Positions 1-13,578 of a stretch of DNA of 64,000 nucleotides are shown here, piece by piece. The stretch's first letter is position 1, and every line of letters starts with the position of its first letter. The stretch is taken from positions 40,032,625 through 40,096,624 of the forward strand of contig NC_068998.1 of the NCBI RefSeq assembly GCF_001194135.2, read 5' to 3'. The stretch comes from Octopus bimaculoides. Its lineage: Eukaryota. The notes beneath the pieces are model-generated. The model saw only the letters and a program-made list of their open reading frames with translations. It was not told the DNA's origin and made no database searches. A program made the position numbers and the translations under genes.

Positions 1-46
1 TGTATGTATGTATGTATGTATGTATGTATGTATGTATGTATGTATG

Positions 47-91
<45 letters not shown>

Positions 92-269
92 TGTATTCAT
101 TGAGTTGAATAATGTAAATATGTCAAAATCATTCTTTTTTTCTAAGAAGTATTTATAGCATAAATGAAATCAATTGCTGCTACCAGAAATTGAAACACTA
201 GATCACAAACTTGGCTTGGCAACAGCTTGCAGCCACAAATGTCATCATGGGTACATTGTGAAACTATAA

Positions 270-780
270 ACTATAGGAGTTTCAGTATAGATTTGAAGAT
301 GGAAGATAAGTTATTACAGGGTAATGTACAAGATACAAGTTCTTTGGAATGGGTGTGGTTATAATTTCAGAAGAAAGCTTAATCTAAAAGAACGTTGTGT
401 ATGTACCACTATGAAGAGTATATTTTTTTCAATCTCTGAGGTGTATTTGTGGAATAGTTTAGATGTGTAACTAAAACAAATTACAAGCATTATTCGGTTG
501 AAGAAGATATATAAAGGAATTATTTTTAAGTGTTATAAAGGAGATGATGAAGAAGGGCTAAAGTTTTATTTCATTGACACCATGTGGATGTTAGAGTTGT
601 ACATAGAACCTGGTTAGTTGTGTTTATAAATTGTATTGAGTAGTACATAGAATTGGAATAGTTGTTTATAAACTGTATACATGAGTTAATGGATGAGAGA
701 GTGTAATAGACGTAGAAACAGATAAGTTTACACTTCTTCCTACTCATTTTTGAACATGTTATATTTAACGAGTGCTATTT
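270..780 (+). mobile_element. Old L2/Crack-like LINE 3' end
   Basis: FSIS.VYLWNSLD.*LKQITSI..LKKIYK..IF resembles the L2-group ORF2 C-terminus. Highly decayed. Confidence 0.5.
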
Positions 781-1188
781 ATTTAATTTGTTGTATAGGT
801 TTATTGTTCATTTCATTTTATTGTTCATTTCATTTTATTGTTATTCTCATTTCGTTTATCATCTGTTTCTTTGTTTTGCTTTAAGTTTTACTTGTTTGAA
901 GTCAAAATCCATTTGGCTTTATTCTTCATTTTACATTACACCAGTTCACCAAGATATATTGTCTGGAAGGGATATTATTGCAATAGACTAACTTCCTATC
1001 CAAGGGAAGGTTTCTCTCTCATTCACTAAACAATAAAAGTAGGTCTAAGCACTGATCCATCATAGCCCACTTGAAGCTTAGGAGACAAGTTCACGTACAA
1101 ATTATTTCCATTAGCTGCCCCTGAAATACATAGGCCTACTTGAGTAAAGGTAACTGAAGCTATAACAACAACACTGCTGCTGCCGCTG

Positions 1189-1263
<75 letters not shown>

Positions 1264-2019
1264 CCAGTACTACTTCTGTATAAATACTACCATATAAACT
1301 ATACTCAGTGAGTAACACCAATAAACTGCACTGGAAAATTTTTGGATTTCAAGTGCAGTACTCTTGTAAATGTACAGAAGAGAATCTTTTTTGCTCTGGG
1401 AATCTCCTTTACTAATGAATAAGAAGAAAACGATGAATGGCTAAGAAATGAGAAAAAGAGAAGGCAATTCAATGGAAGCTAAAATGTCATTTCTAGCTTC
1501 CAACAACTTGATCATTTAATGTTACATCCATTGCCTAATATTACTGCTCTATCTGGCTCCATTCTCTCTGGCTTGCTCTCAAGTTGTGTGGCCTTACCCT
1601 CCCAGCTATCCCTATCAAGCTTCTATCATGCAAATCTAATTCTCCCAGGAACTGATGGTTAATTGGAATATTTCATTAAAATTTTTTTCAAAACACTTGA
1701 AATCCTGTTGCTATGAGAGAGTTATGAATAGAAGGAGATTTCTTGAGAGGAGGTATTTTAATTTCTGATTTGCTCTGGTTAGTTTTTTTTGTAATGTTAT
1801 TTACTTTTATTTTATTTTATTATTATTGCCCAAGGTTCTTGAAGTTTTAAATATTTTTTACAAGAGAAAACATGATGAATACACTCTTACTTGCAAGATT
1901 CAAAGAAACAGTTAATGAAATAAAACTAACATTTCCCCTGTAAAATTTTACTTAGTATTTTAATCAATTATATATATATGAAAAAAGTCTAAATGTAAAT
2001 GCATGTTTATATATATATA

Positions 2020-2430
2020 GGTGCAGGTGTGGCTGTGTGGTAAGAAGCTTGCTTTCCAGCCACATGATTTCAGGTTCAGTCCCTCTGTGTGGCACCTTGG
2101 GCAAAATGTCTTCTATTATAGCCTTGGGCTGACCAAAGCCTTGTGAGTGGATTTGGTTGATAGAAACTGAAAGAAGCCCGTCTTGTATATATATATATAT
2201 ATATATATATGTTTCTGTGTGTCTGTGTTTGTCCCTCACCATCACTTGACAACTGATGTTGGTATGTTTATGTCCCCATAACCTAGCGGTTCAGCAAAAG
2301 TGGTTGATAGAATAAGTACTAGGCTTACAAAGAATAAGTCCTGGGGTTGATTTGTTCGACTAAAGGCAGTGCTCCAGCATGGCCACAATCAATTGACTGA
2401 AACAAGCAAAAAAATAAAAGAATGAAAGAA
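2020..2430 (+). mobile_element. tRNA-derived CORE-like SINE (family A), full length
   Basis: Head GGTGCAGGTGTGGCTGTGTGGTAAG..CAGGTTCAGTCCC, CORE-like GGCACCTTGGGCAA, internal (TA)n, 3' GACTAAAGGCAGTGCTCCAGCATGGCC..GACTGAAACAAG. Confidence 0.85.
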
Positions 2431-3034
2431 TATATATATGTAAACTGTGCTTGAGAAGACTCATCAAGCCATGTGAAACTGTAGTTATGGCCAGTGCCAG
2501 TGATGTGTAAAAGCACCCATACTGGTGACGTGTAAAAGCACCTGTACCAGTGACACATAAGAACACATGTCACAAGCGAAAGTACCCATGCCGGTGACAT
2601 GTAAAAGCACCCATGCATGTGACATGTAGAGGGCACCCACTACACTCTTGGAGTGGTTGGCATTAGGAAGAACATCCAGCAGTAGAAACCAAGCCAAAAT
2701 CATACTGAAATCTGGTACAGCTCTCCAGCTTACCAGTTCCAGTCAAACTGTATAACCCATGCCAGCATGGAAAAGAGCCGATAAATGATGATGATGATGA
2801 CAATGATAACATATATATATCATCGTTATCATCATCATCATTGATGCCATACTTGCCACTTTGCCATACTTACATGGGTGAGATGAAGCTCATTGAGGTA
2901 GATTTTCTATGGTTGGATACCTTTCCTATTGCCAGTCCTCACTTGTTTTGAAGCAAGATAATATTTTTCCATTGCCAGACATGTTTTCACAGAAGACTGG
3001 AAATGAATACCACCACAAGGATGTCACATGCATT

Positions 3035-3092
<58 letters not shown>

Positions 3093-3102
3093 NNNNNNNN
3101 NN

Positions 3103-3159
<57 letters not shown>

Positions 3160-3294
3160 TGCACACACATACACACTCGTTTTTTGTTTTTTTTATATGG
3201 TCATTATAATAAAAAAAATTAACATTAATCTGAAGGGTTCGTCTATACTTTTTGTAGAGTACAAGTTTATTATTCTCATACAAAAATGTTGTTG

Positions 3295-3339
3295 ACAGTG
3301 ACTTTGAAGTTTTCGCCAGCTAAGCCATTGTTGGACTGT
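3295..3339 (-). ncRNA. Second decayed copy of the fourth hammerhead family
   Basis: ACAGU CCAACAA uggcuuagcuggc GAAAAC UUCAAA GUC ACUGU. Shares the identical 24-nt AAAACTTCAAAGTCACTGTCAACA with the 12.0-kb copy. Confidence 0.45.
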
Positions 3340-3399
3340 ACACACACAAGCATGCATGCACACACACATGCACACACACACACACACATACACACACAC

Positions 3400-3801
3400 T
3401 AAAACATGAAATGAATGGATAGTATGGATATTACTATGTGTTTCAGTGCCAAATTTATTATTAACATATTCTTTTATATAGATTGGTATGCAGTAACATG
3501 TAGGATTATGTAATAAAGTATATGTATAAATTTATCACATCCTGAGGTAACGTTTCATAAATTATAAGGTGATACATACCACTTGAATAATGGTAACATA
3601 TTATTCCAGTGGTACATACCAACATCTCTTATGAAATGTTACCTGAGGATGTGACCAATTCACACAAACACTTTATTGCTTAATCTTATATAATCTTGCA
3701 TGTTATTGCATACCAAATTCTATGACGTAATAGGTTTATGATAAATTTGCTACTGAAACTCGTGTAGTAATATCCAAATTGTCCATTCATTTCATGTTTT
3801 A
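3400..3801. mobile_element. ~400-bp fully palindromic (fold-back/MITE-like) element
   Basis: Ends TAAAACATGAAATGAATGGA / TCCATTCATTTCATGTTTTA. The arms match inward to a centre at ~3595 (CCACTTGAATAAT-GGTAACAT-ATTATTCCAGTGG). A TA TSD is possible. Confidence 0.75.
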
Positions 3802-4006
3802 TTACAATAATTATACCACATTAAATATACCAATAAACCTCAGATACTTTTAGATTTGCTGAACACCTGGATACAAATGAAATATCTTTTTGCATTAATT
3901 TATCCATTAATCTAAATGTCTATTTACTTGAGTGTTTTTGAGTCATTCCCTCTAGCCAAAACTTGTGTGCTTCACAGTTGATTTGCCCTGACCCCACTAT
4001 CTTTCA

Positions 4007-4061
<55 letters not shown>

Positions 4062-4069
4062 TATATATA

Positions 4070-4777
4070 CACGAGGTCTGATCAATAAATATCTGGACTG
4101 TTACCATAGTAATGAAGCTAAAGCATGGAGAGTGAAGCCACTTGGCACAGATTGACCTTAAACTCTGCTGTGCATGTGCACTAAGCTTTAACATTCTACC
4201 TCACTTCCACTATTTACAGCAGTGCTTGCAAGGAAGGTGTGTAGCATGTGATCATCACATTGACCATGACAGAGAAAGTTGTCATGGTGATACCTGCTCA
4301 GAGGCCAATGCAAAGTTGCAGAAAGTATATGGAGAAGAGCGTATGAGCTGCACACAAGTGTGCAAGTGCTTCAGACGTTTCCAGTAGAACTAAGAAAACT
4401 ATCGCAGATGTGCATGCAGCTGTGAGGGGAAATCATTGAATTACCATCTGTGAGTTATCAGAGGATGTGCAGATTAATTACAGTTCAGTTCAGTTCAGTT
4501 CAGTTCTTTTATCACTGAAGATTTGGGTCTGAGACACATATCTGCCAAGTTTGTACCTAAACTGCTTTCAGCTGACCAGAAAGACATTCAGGTTTCAGTT
4601 GCACAAGATCTCTTTCATTGTGTCGAGAATGATGCAAAGTTTTTGAAAACTTTGCATAGGCCTCTGAGCAGGTATTGCCAAGCTTTTGGCAAAATTTGAT
4701 GCAAATTCTCTGCTCAACTTTATCTGTCATTGTCAACTCGATGATCACACGCTACATGCCTTCCTTCCAAGCACTGC
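4070..4777 (+). mobile_element. Mariner (irritans/Hsmar2-like) remnant with fold-back inversion
   Basis: TA-CACGAGGTCTGATCAATAAATATCTGGACT TIR. Transposase remnants AKLQKVYGEERMS.TQV..FRRFQ and TEDLGL..SAKFVPKLLSADQK..QDL...ENDAKFLKT. 4650-4777 is an inverted copy of the 5' region (MTDKVEQRICIKFCQKLGNTCSEAYAK on the minus strand). Confidence 0.85.
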
Positions 4778-5334
4778 TTAATTATTCAGTTACCAGCTCA
4801 GAAGAAGAGCAACTGGTTTTCTTAGACAGAACAAATACAATCTGATCCAATGTGTCTTTTCTATGTGTGGGCAAATAATAACTGACTTAGGCTGCTTGTT
4901 CATTACTCAAATCAAAGCCATATACTATACACATACACACACAAATAAGTAAAAATGAGGTAGGGAAATTAACTCAGTTGCCTGTGGCATGTATTTAAAC
5001 AATAAAAATGAACAAAGGTTTATTAAATACCATACAATATACATTCTTGATTGATTGAATTTATCTAATGGTGATAGTGGTGGTGGTAGAGGCACCTGTG
5101 GCTGCGTCTGCAAATATTGGCACATTGTTACAATTTCTTGGGGGAGAGAACAGTGGATTATATTGATCTAAGATATTTATGTTTTTTTTTAAATTTAAAA
5201 TATAAAGAAACATAACTAAATACTATGCTACAAGGCAGTTTATTCAATATTCTATCAATTCTGCTATCCTCCATCCAAATATTATTGTTAATAGTAGTGA
5301 TACTAGTAGTAATAGCAATAATAACAGTTTCAAA

Positions 5335-5745
5335 TTTTGGCACAAGGCCAGCAATTTCAGGGGAGGGGGCTAAGTTGATTATATCAACCTAAGTGCTCAA
5401 CTAGCACTTATTTTATCAACCCTGGCAGGATGAAAGGCAAAGTTGACCTTAGCAGAATTTGAACTCAGAATATGAAGATGGATGAAATGCCACTAAGCAT
5501 TTTGCCCAGAATACTAAAACTTCTGACAGCCTGTCACCTTAGTAACAACAACAACAACAACAACAACAATAATAATCCTTTCTACTATAGGCACAAGGCT
5601 TGAAATTCGGTACTTATTTTATTGACCCTGAAGGGATGAAAAGTAAAGTCGACCTTGGTGGAATTTGAACTCAGAACATGAAGACAGACTAAATACTGCT
5701 AAGCATTTTGCCTGGTATGCTAATGCTTTTGCTAGTTCATCACCT

Positions 5746-5777
<32 letters not shown>

Positions 5778-6343
5778 ATAAAAAAATAAAATACCCTGAT
5801 GCAGTACCAGGAACTGGCTTTTCTGGCTTCTGATCTGAACTGATCGGAAGTGTTATCATGTACATTGTATTGTCTTGGTATAAAAGATGGGCTACAACAA
5901 ATATTCTGCTCAATACCATAAATTTACTTTTCAGTTGCTTGACTGTAATCAGTTGAGCATGTCCCTTAGTGGCTGATGATATATGCACCTCTGATCATAA
6001 GCAGAGGTAGTGGGGGAGCATCATAGCTATGTATTGAGAGGAATTCTTTGGGGTTTGAATGATTCAGCTCTGGAAACATGGTAGTTTTGATCAACATCCT
6101 TAAACAACCCTTATTTAGGGACCTTTTGAGCAGAATGGGGAAAATTCTAACTGGGCTCCACCTGCAAGGTTATGCGCTGTTTGTCTTGATATGAGATCAC
6201 CATGTCGTGCACATATGGTTGTGTTGCATGTGCCTTGTGTACCCTTATCAGACAGGTAGTCATGATGGGTATACTGAGCTTTGTATATTCCCCCACCCCC
6301 GTGTCATTTTGATGGCATGCACTGCTCTCTCACTCAATAATAA

Positions 6344-6374
<31 letters not shown>

Positions 6375-6555
6375 ACTTTCTACTGTAGACACAAAGCCTG
6401 AAGTTTTAGGGAAGGGGATTAGTCAACTACATCGACCCAGTATGCAACTGGTACTTATTTTATCGACCCTGAAAGGATGAAAGGCAAGGTCAACCTCAGC
6501 AAAATTTGAACTCAGAACATAAAGAGCTGAATGAAATACCACTAAGCATTTTGTT
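5335..6555 (-). mobile_element. Three family-B SINE copies (5335-5540, 5578-5750, 6375-6555) around an unclassified ~560-bp repeat (5780-6340) flanked by (TAA)n
   Basis: Repeated GTACTTATTTTAT(C/T)GACCCTGAA(A)GGATGAAAGG(C/T)AAAGTCGACCT..GAATTTGAACTCAGAA, the reverse complement of the family-B body. Confidence 0.7.
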
Positions 6556-7059
6556 TTTCCACATTGGTTTGAGTCAGGTGGGTCATCACAGTTCGTGCAA
6601 TCTTGCATTACAGCACCAAAGAGAACCAGTTGTCTTTGATACTGTGTGTTTTTTAAGTGCATTTTATCGTGCTATTGACACAGTTCTTATTTCAAACTAT
6701 TATCCTTGGGGCATTGTTTTATGGCTGGGTGCCATCACCGTCAATGACATTTGTCTGTTTTTGAAGTAAAGGATCTCTTATTTCACATGTGTGTGAAAGC
6801 ACAAAATGAGCAGATGATTTATTGACAAGAGGCATGATAAGACTCATAGCACAATGGTAAAGAAACTCGTGCACACACACATATATAGTCATACATATAC
6901 ATACATAAACACACACACACACACACACACACACATCCCAAAGGATAAGTGAAATACTAAATGCGCAATATAAAGTGTTTTCTCATCTCCATTGGGACGT
7001 TTGCAAATAAATATGCTTGACGACCTCTTCAACACCACAGCTCTATGCAAAAAGATGGT

Positions 7060-7415
7060 AATTATCAATTACATTGTAATAGAGGAAACTAATGTAATTT
7101 TGATGAAGTGAGCTTAAACTCAGCCATTGGTCCTGATGGATTCTCAGTAATCCCCCTAAAAAGACTGCCAAACCACTGCAAATCCTCCTCCAATGCTTTC
7201 TTGCAAGTTGTAGACTTGCCAGAAAGTTAAAGAAGGGCAAAATATGTCCTCTCTATAAAGGGTGAAGTAGAGCAGATGCAAAACATTATAGGCCTGCCTC
7301 TGTAATCTCACATGTCAGCAAAGTCATGGAATGAATTGTCCAGAGGAAGCTGATCATATTCCTAGAAGATAATGACTTACTCCCTGACACCCAGCATGGC
7401 TTCTGCTCAGGAAAT
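7060..7415 (+). mobile_element. Decayed LINE reverse-transcriptase N-terminal fragment (CR1/Jockey-group)
   Basis: AIGPDGFS..LK..KICPLYK..ADAKHYRPASVISHVSKVME*IVQRKLIIFLEDNDLLPDTQHGFCSG with frameshifts. Confidence 0.8.
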
Positions 7416-7567
7416 TTACTCAAAACACTTTTGGTCAATCCAGAGTTATAGTAGAAGACACTTGCCTAAAGAGTCATACAGTGGGATTGAAGCCAAAACC
7501 ATGGATTGGGAAATGTATTTCTTAACCACACAGCCATGCCTGTACCCACACAAGAGAAACATATGGA

Positions 7568-7612
<45 letters not shown>

Positions 7613-8579
7613 ATGCAAGTGTGTATTGCAAATATATATATTTTAGTTCATGAAAATCGTAACATATTCTATATAGCCATTTATATTAATCATATGTATT
7701 ACTTGTAATATATGCAGTGACCATATATTGAATAAAATTTCTATATTGTGATATGTATATGTTTCACTGAAACAGCTTTATGGTCATAATGATATTTATA
7801 TGTGTATAGAATGCATGCTTCATTGATTATCGACAAAATATACTACTTTTGGAACATGAACTTTGATTAGAACCTAGCCTGGTAATATGTGATGTTGTAA
7901 CAAGTCTGTTTCAAATATATGCAATGCATGTTCTGTCAATGTATTTTTTAATACTAGATTAAGTTTATTTTTTTCTCAAAATGTTGTCATTTTTTATGGC
8001 ACAAGTATACTTAACATATATTGTATTATGTATATTTGTACATATGTATATGCGTGTTTGCATATAGATGTGTATGGGTGTTTATATATTTATATATATC
8101 TATCTTTCTCTTCTCTGTGTGCGTGTGTGTGCATGTGTGTGTGTGTGTGTACAGGTGTGGCTGTGTGGTTAAGAAGCTTGCTTCCCAATCATATAGTTTC
8201 AAGTTCAGTTTCACTGCATGACACGTTTGGCAAGTCTCTTCTACTATAGCTCTGGGCCAATCAAAGCCTTGTGACTATATTTAGTTAACAGAAACTGAAA
8301 GAAGCCTGTCACAAATGTGTGCATGTGTTTTTTAACCCAATGTTTACACACTTTTATTGATAACTTTGGGGCAAACATTATTTCACTTGGAAACAGAGAT
8401 GGCTATCCAGCTGTGGAAAATCTGCCTCAACAAATTACATCCAACTCATACTAGCATAGAAACGTAGACATTAAAATAATAATGATGATGATGATGATGA
8501 CATATGTGTAGATATGTTTCTATATATATGCATATATATATAGAGAGAGATGTATGTATAGATGTATGCATGAATGAAT

Positions 8580-9225
8580 GTATATCATCATCATCATTTA
8601 ACATCTGTTTTCCATTCTCACATGAGTTGCATGGTTTGACAGGAACTGGCAAGCCAGAGGGCTGCACCAAGCTCCAGTGTCTGTTTTGGCAGGGCTTCTA
8701 TGGTTGGATGCCCTTTCATCATCATCATTAACATCCATTGTCCATGCTGGCATAGGTTGGATGGTTTGACCTGGACTTGTAAGCTGAGGGGCTGCACCAG
8801 ACTCCAGTCTGATTTGGCATGGTTTCTACAGCTGGATGCCCTTCCTAACGCCAACCACTCTGAGAGTGTAATGGGTACTTTTGCATGCCACTGGCATAGG
8901 TACCAGTTGCATGGCCTTAGTATCTGCAGCGGCTGCGTTTTCACTTGGTTTGACCTGGGCATGTAAGCTGAGGGGCTGCACCAGACTCCAGTCTGATTTG
9001 GGGATGGTTTCTATGGCTGGATGCCCTTTCTAACATCAACCACTCTGAGAGTGTAATGGGCGTTTTTACATGCCACTGGCACAGGTGCCAGTTGCATGGC
9101 CTTGGTATCTGCAATGACTGCATTTTCACTTGGCTTGATGGGTCTTCTTCTCAAACACAGCATATTGCTGAAGGTCTCGGTCATTTGTCATTGCCTTTGT
9201 GAGGCCCAACACTCGAAAGGTTATT
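8580..9225 (-). mobile_element. Cluster of nested and tandemly duplicated family-C copies
   Basis: Two (CAT)n tails (~8585, ~8716) and an internal direct duplication with ~184-bp period (GGTTTGACCTGG at 8763 and 8947). Confidence 0.75.
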
Positions 9226-9233
9226 ACTATTTA

Positions 9234-9276
<43 letters not shown>

Positions 9277-9463
9277 GGCAAATTGAAAATTAAAAAAGTA
9301 ACAAAACAACAGAAGTTGGAAGGACACACATAAAATATATTAGCTTGATGCTCAGTATTAGATGGAAAAGGAGTGGGTGTATAACATCTTGAGCACATCT
9401 CTGTCAGAAAGAAGATAATGTCCACGAAAAGCATGTGTATGGTTACATAGCTGAATACAGGAG

Positions 9464-9503
<40 letters not shown>

Positions 9504-9745
9504 TATAAATATATATACACATAGACATCTTTAAAGTAAATCGACACTCCTCGTTATACTGTTTTACCTGTGTGGACACTAGCTAGTGCTTCAGGTTTGT
9601 TAATGTATTATGTACAAAGCATGTCTACTAAATACTAGATTAAATATTTAAATGCATCAAGTGACTTTATTTTCTTTCTAAAAATAAATCTTGCAAAAAT
9701 GATAGTTTTACTTTTGAGATTCCTGTGTACATGTATAACACACAT

Positions 9746-9787
<42 letters not shown>

Positions 9788-9900
9788 AGCCACACACACA
9801 CACACACACACATTTATATGTATATATGTATATGTATCTATTTATTATTTATATACATATGTGTATCTATATACATTTATCTATATACCTGTTTACATGA

Positions 9901-9947
<47 letters not shown>

Positions 9948-10123
9948 ACAGAGGCAGAGAAATCATATACATGTTCACATGCATGCATAGACACACACAT
10001 ATACACACGTATACACACACACACATAATCTATACATGTTGGAATAGATATCTATTTATGTGTGTATACATATCAGTGTTTATGAATGTTTACTTGGAAT
10101 TACGTGTATGTATGCATACCTAC

Positions 10124-10176
<53 letters not shown>

Positions 10177-10922
10177 TATATATATGTGGGGAGGTGATGT
10201 ATGAAATCATGCCCCGTCTCTTTAAAACTGTGACCAATTCCAAACACAAAGAGATGTTCCAGAAATACAAGTATAGAATGTTATTACTAAAATAGGTTCC
10301 TCGAGAATACCAAAGGTTATAGATTATTAATAATCCATGCAATATATCTTGCTAATTTAATTTGTGTGGTGAAGATGTACAACAGTGAACAAATCTTGGT
10401 TGTGTTCATAGCCAAAGTATTGCTATTGTTGTTGTTCTTGTTGATGCTGTTCTCATAAATAGCTTCTTTTTTTCATTTATTTATTTTTTTTTTTTTTGAA
10501 ATCAGCAATAGATGAAATATGGAGGTATGGCAGCCTTGAGATATTATAGTTTTTATTGAGTCGGTGTTGTTGTTGGTGTAACAGTTTTAGTTTCACACTG
10601 TGTTATATAGTATATTGTGGTGTAGAAAGAAATATATATATATCATCCTCATCATTATCACTTAACATTGTTCTCTTTTCCATACTGGCATGAGTGAGAT
10701 GGAATTTATTGTGGAAGATTTTATACAGCTGGATGTGCTTCCTGTCACCAATCCTCAACTGCTACCTAGCAAGGTAATATTTTCCCATGACCAGACATAT
10801 CTTTTTGTACACAAGACTGGAAATGAACCACCCTGCTTGTATGATGATGATGCTCATTCTCAACCATTACATGGTGTCAAGACAAGGGTATATACACATA
10901 GACATGCACATACTTATGCATA

Positions 10923-10955
<33 letters not shown>

Positions 10956-11374
10956 GACAGGATTCTTTGAATTTCCATCTATCAAATCCACTCACAAGTA
11001 TTTGATTTGCTGGGGGTTATAGTCCAAAACAGTTGTCAAAGGTGGTGTGCAGTGGGATGGAGTCTAATACCACCTGATTTGCCAGCAAACTTCTTAACCA
11101 CACAGTCACTGCTACCCATACGATACACATGTAATGTGAAAATGTAGTATCCTGTATTTTGATATTATAGTATGGTGCTGTTGAGCTCCATATCAGTTGC
11201 CTTGATTAAGCTGACCTATGATTTGGCAGGAAAAAATAAAGTTGGATAATTTTTGAACACACCTCATGTATGTATAAATTAATTTATTATTTTATGTGTT
11301 TCGGTCCAAAGGCTGTTGGCATGCTAGGGCACCACTAGTATTAGTATTGTTACCTTTTCAATGGCCATTCTCAT

Positions 11375-11685
11375 GTGGCTTTTGGTAAAGGAGGGAGTTT
11401 GACTTGCTACTCTCTGTTGTGTTGTAGGTTCATCTGAGATCTTGAACAGCAGATAGTCCAGGTACTTCTTGAAAACATCTAACCCCACTCCATGTAGATC
11501 TCACAGGTTTTTTGGTGAGATATTGAATAGTTGTGGACCTTTGAATACCAAGTTATTGCAGTACCTGTATTGTACTCAAGATGGGATGGGTGGGATCTTT
11601 GAAACAATGCAGTGGCATCCTGTTTGATGCTAAAGTTTGGAGCCAGCCCCTCTAGAATCTACCATATGGATATCACTGACATATA
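11375..11685 (-). mobile_element. Decayed LINE ORF2 3' end (CR1/L2-group)
   Basis: IW*ILEGLAPNFSI..HCIVSKIP..YCNNLVFKGPQLFNISPKNL*DLHGVGLDVFKKYLD..ISDEP..SNSLLYQ. Confidence 0.8.
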
Positions 11686-11957
11686 TACACTTCTTCAGGG
11701 CAAAATAGGTTATTACACTTAATGCTGTACACTTTAGGGTAGTGTCATAGTAGTGGTGGTTGTTATTGGTGGTTTTATGCCAGTGATTTTTTTAAATATT
11801 AGTGTAGTTTGGCTTTGTGTAGTATAGTGTTGTGTTGTATTGTGTAGTGTATTTTTAATGTACTATAGTGTGGGAGAGTGCTTAGATCTGTTCCATTATT
11901 TTTATATAGCAAGTAGATATTAGTTCATATCTGTTGATTTTTACAAGGCAGATGTTG

Positions 11958-12001
11958 ACAGTGACTTTGAAGTTTTGGCTTACCATTCATCATCAGACTG
12001 T
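11958..12001 (-). ncRNA. Decayed type I hammerhead motif (fourth family)
   Basis: ACAGU CUGAUGA ugaaugguaagcc AAAAC U-UCAA-A GUC^ ACUGU: perfect 5-bp helix I and 3-bp helix III with tetraloop, but G12->A and a poor helix II. Confidence 0.5.
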
Positions 12002-13257
12002 GGATTACTTCTATCAATTTGGTTTTATCTACTTTTTGGTAGTACTGTGAAAGAGAATTAGGTGTGGTATAGGTAGACAGGAAAAATGGTTGTATAGAAA
12101 GGCGGGGAATGAGGAAAGTTAGGAAGAAAGTATGTGTTTATAAGGTTAAGAGAAAATGTTGATGGAGATGGCTATTCTGGTTCGATAGAGGAATTATGTT
12201 ATTTAGGATTCAATCGGGTGTGTAAGGAAATGAGTAAACAGACATATCATCTTCAGATCACAACTGTGATAGTTGAAGTTATTTTGTGACTAATCAAGAT
12301 TTTTTTTGTATATGGATGTTCTTGTTTTAGGGTTTGGTTTAATATTAATTTGCACCTTGAGTTTATATGACCTCCACCTAAGCCTACTCCAGATTTTCTT
12401 TTCCTCTTCTATCTCTTATCACTTCTATGGTGTCTCATTGCTCAACATCACCCTTCCCACTAATCACTTCACCTGTCCCTTTGTCTCCAGAATGCCAACC
12501 TTTTGGATTCATTTTCCTGCTCACATTTTCTTTGCATGTGTTAGCTTACAGATTTTCAAGCTGAATGTAAACCACATAGATCTCTCCAATCTTGAAGGGC
12601 TGTGAATGACATAATTTGAGACATTTACCTCTTTGCAACATCACAGAAATGAAAATATACCAACGCTCAACTATTTCCATATCAACTACAGGTACCATTT
12701 ATATAAGAGTTTAGTCATTCCATCTGGCACCTCTTGGAAGTAGGAATATTACTGAACTGTTGTCAGTGGTGGTAGTAGTGGTGTTGTTTATATTCGTAGT
12801 GAGGGTGAAGTGTGGTACAGTAGGTAATTTGCCTTTATGGAAAGTCCACTTTCAGCTCTTGTTGTGAAGCATAGTGAATTGATGCAACAGTGGGTCGTGG
12901 TTCTGGTAATTAGTGTTGCAGTTCTGTTTTTATGCAACACAATCGTACTCTCAGACAATGGTCAATCCCTGAAGGCTGTCGGAGAGTTATGGAAGCTGGT
13001 TGTTGCAATTCCACATTTACTTGTGTGCACATATGTACGCATAGGCTCTTGTATGTACTTACATGTGCAAACATGAAAATGCACAAAAATATGAATATCA
13101 GTCTATAAAAAGTATAAGTATGCATGCATGTGTGTGCATGCAAGTGTATGTGTATGTGTGTGTTTATATATACATACACATAATTACTGTTAACCATATT
13201 AGCATTCATCTGTCTGTTTTATTATAATGACATGAGTTTCTGTAAGTAGCAATGCAC

Positions 13258-13296
<39 letters not shown>

Positions 13297-13543
13297 ACAT
13301 NNNNNNNNNNNNNNNNNNNNNNNNNNNNNNNNNNNNNNNNNNNNNNNNNNNNNNNNNNNNNNNNNNNNNNNNNNNNNNNNNNNNNNNNNNNNNNNNNNNN
13401 AGAGAGAGAGAGAGAGAGAGAGAGTATGTGTGTGTGTTAGAGAAATATATGAGTGTACGTTTGTATATATGTGTCCATATAGCATATAGCTACATATGCA
13501 TGTATGCACATTTATGTAACTTTGTATGCATGCAGCTGTGTAC

Positions 13544-13578
<35 letters not shown>

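Noticed and set aside
3640-3680. CTGAGGA-TGTGA/TCACA-CAAAC inside the 400-bp palindrome
   Set aside because: G12 is absent, there is no helix I partner, and the opposite arm does not conserve the core.
10368-10386. 19-bp exact match GGTGAAGATGTACAACAGT shared with ~24163-24181
   Set aside because: It is too short to interpret; an old repeat remnant or chance match in a 64-kb AT-rich window.
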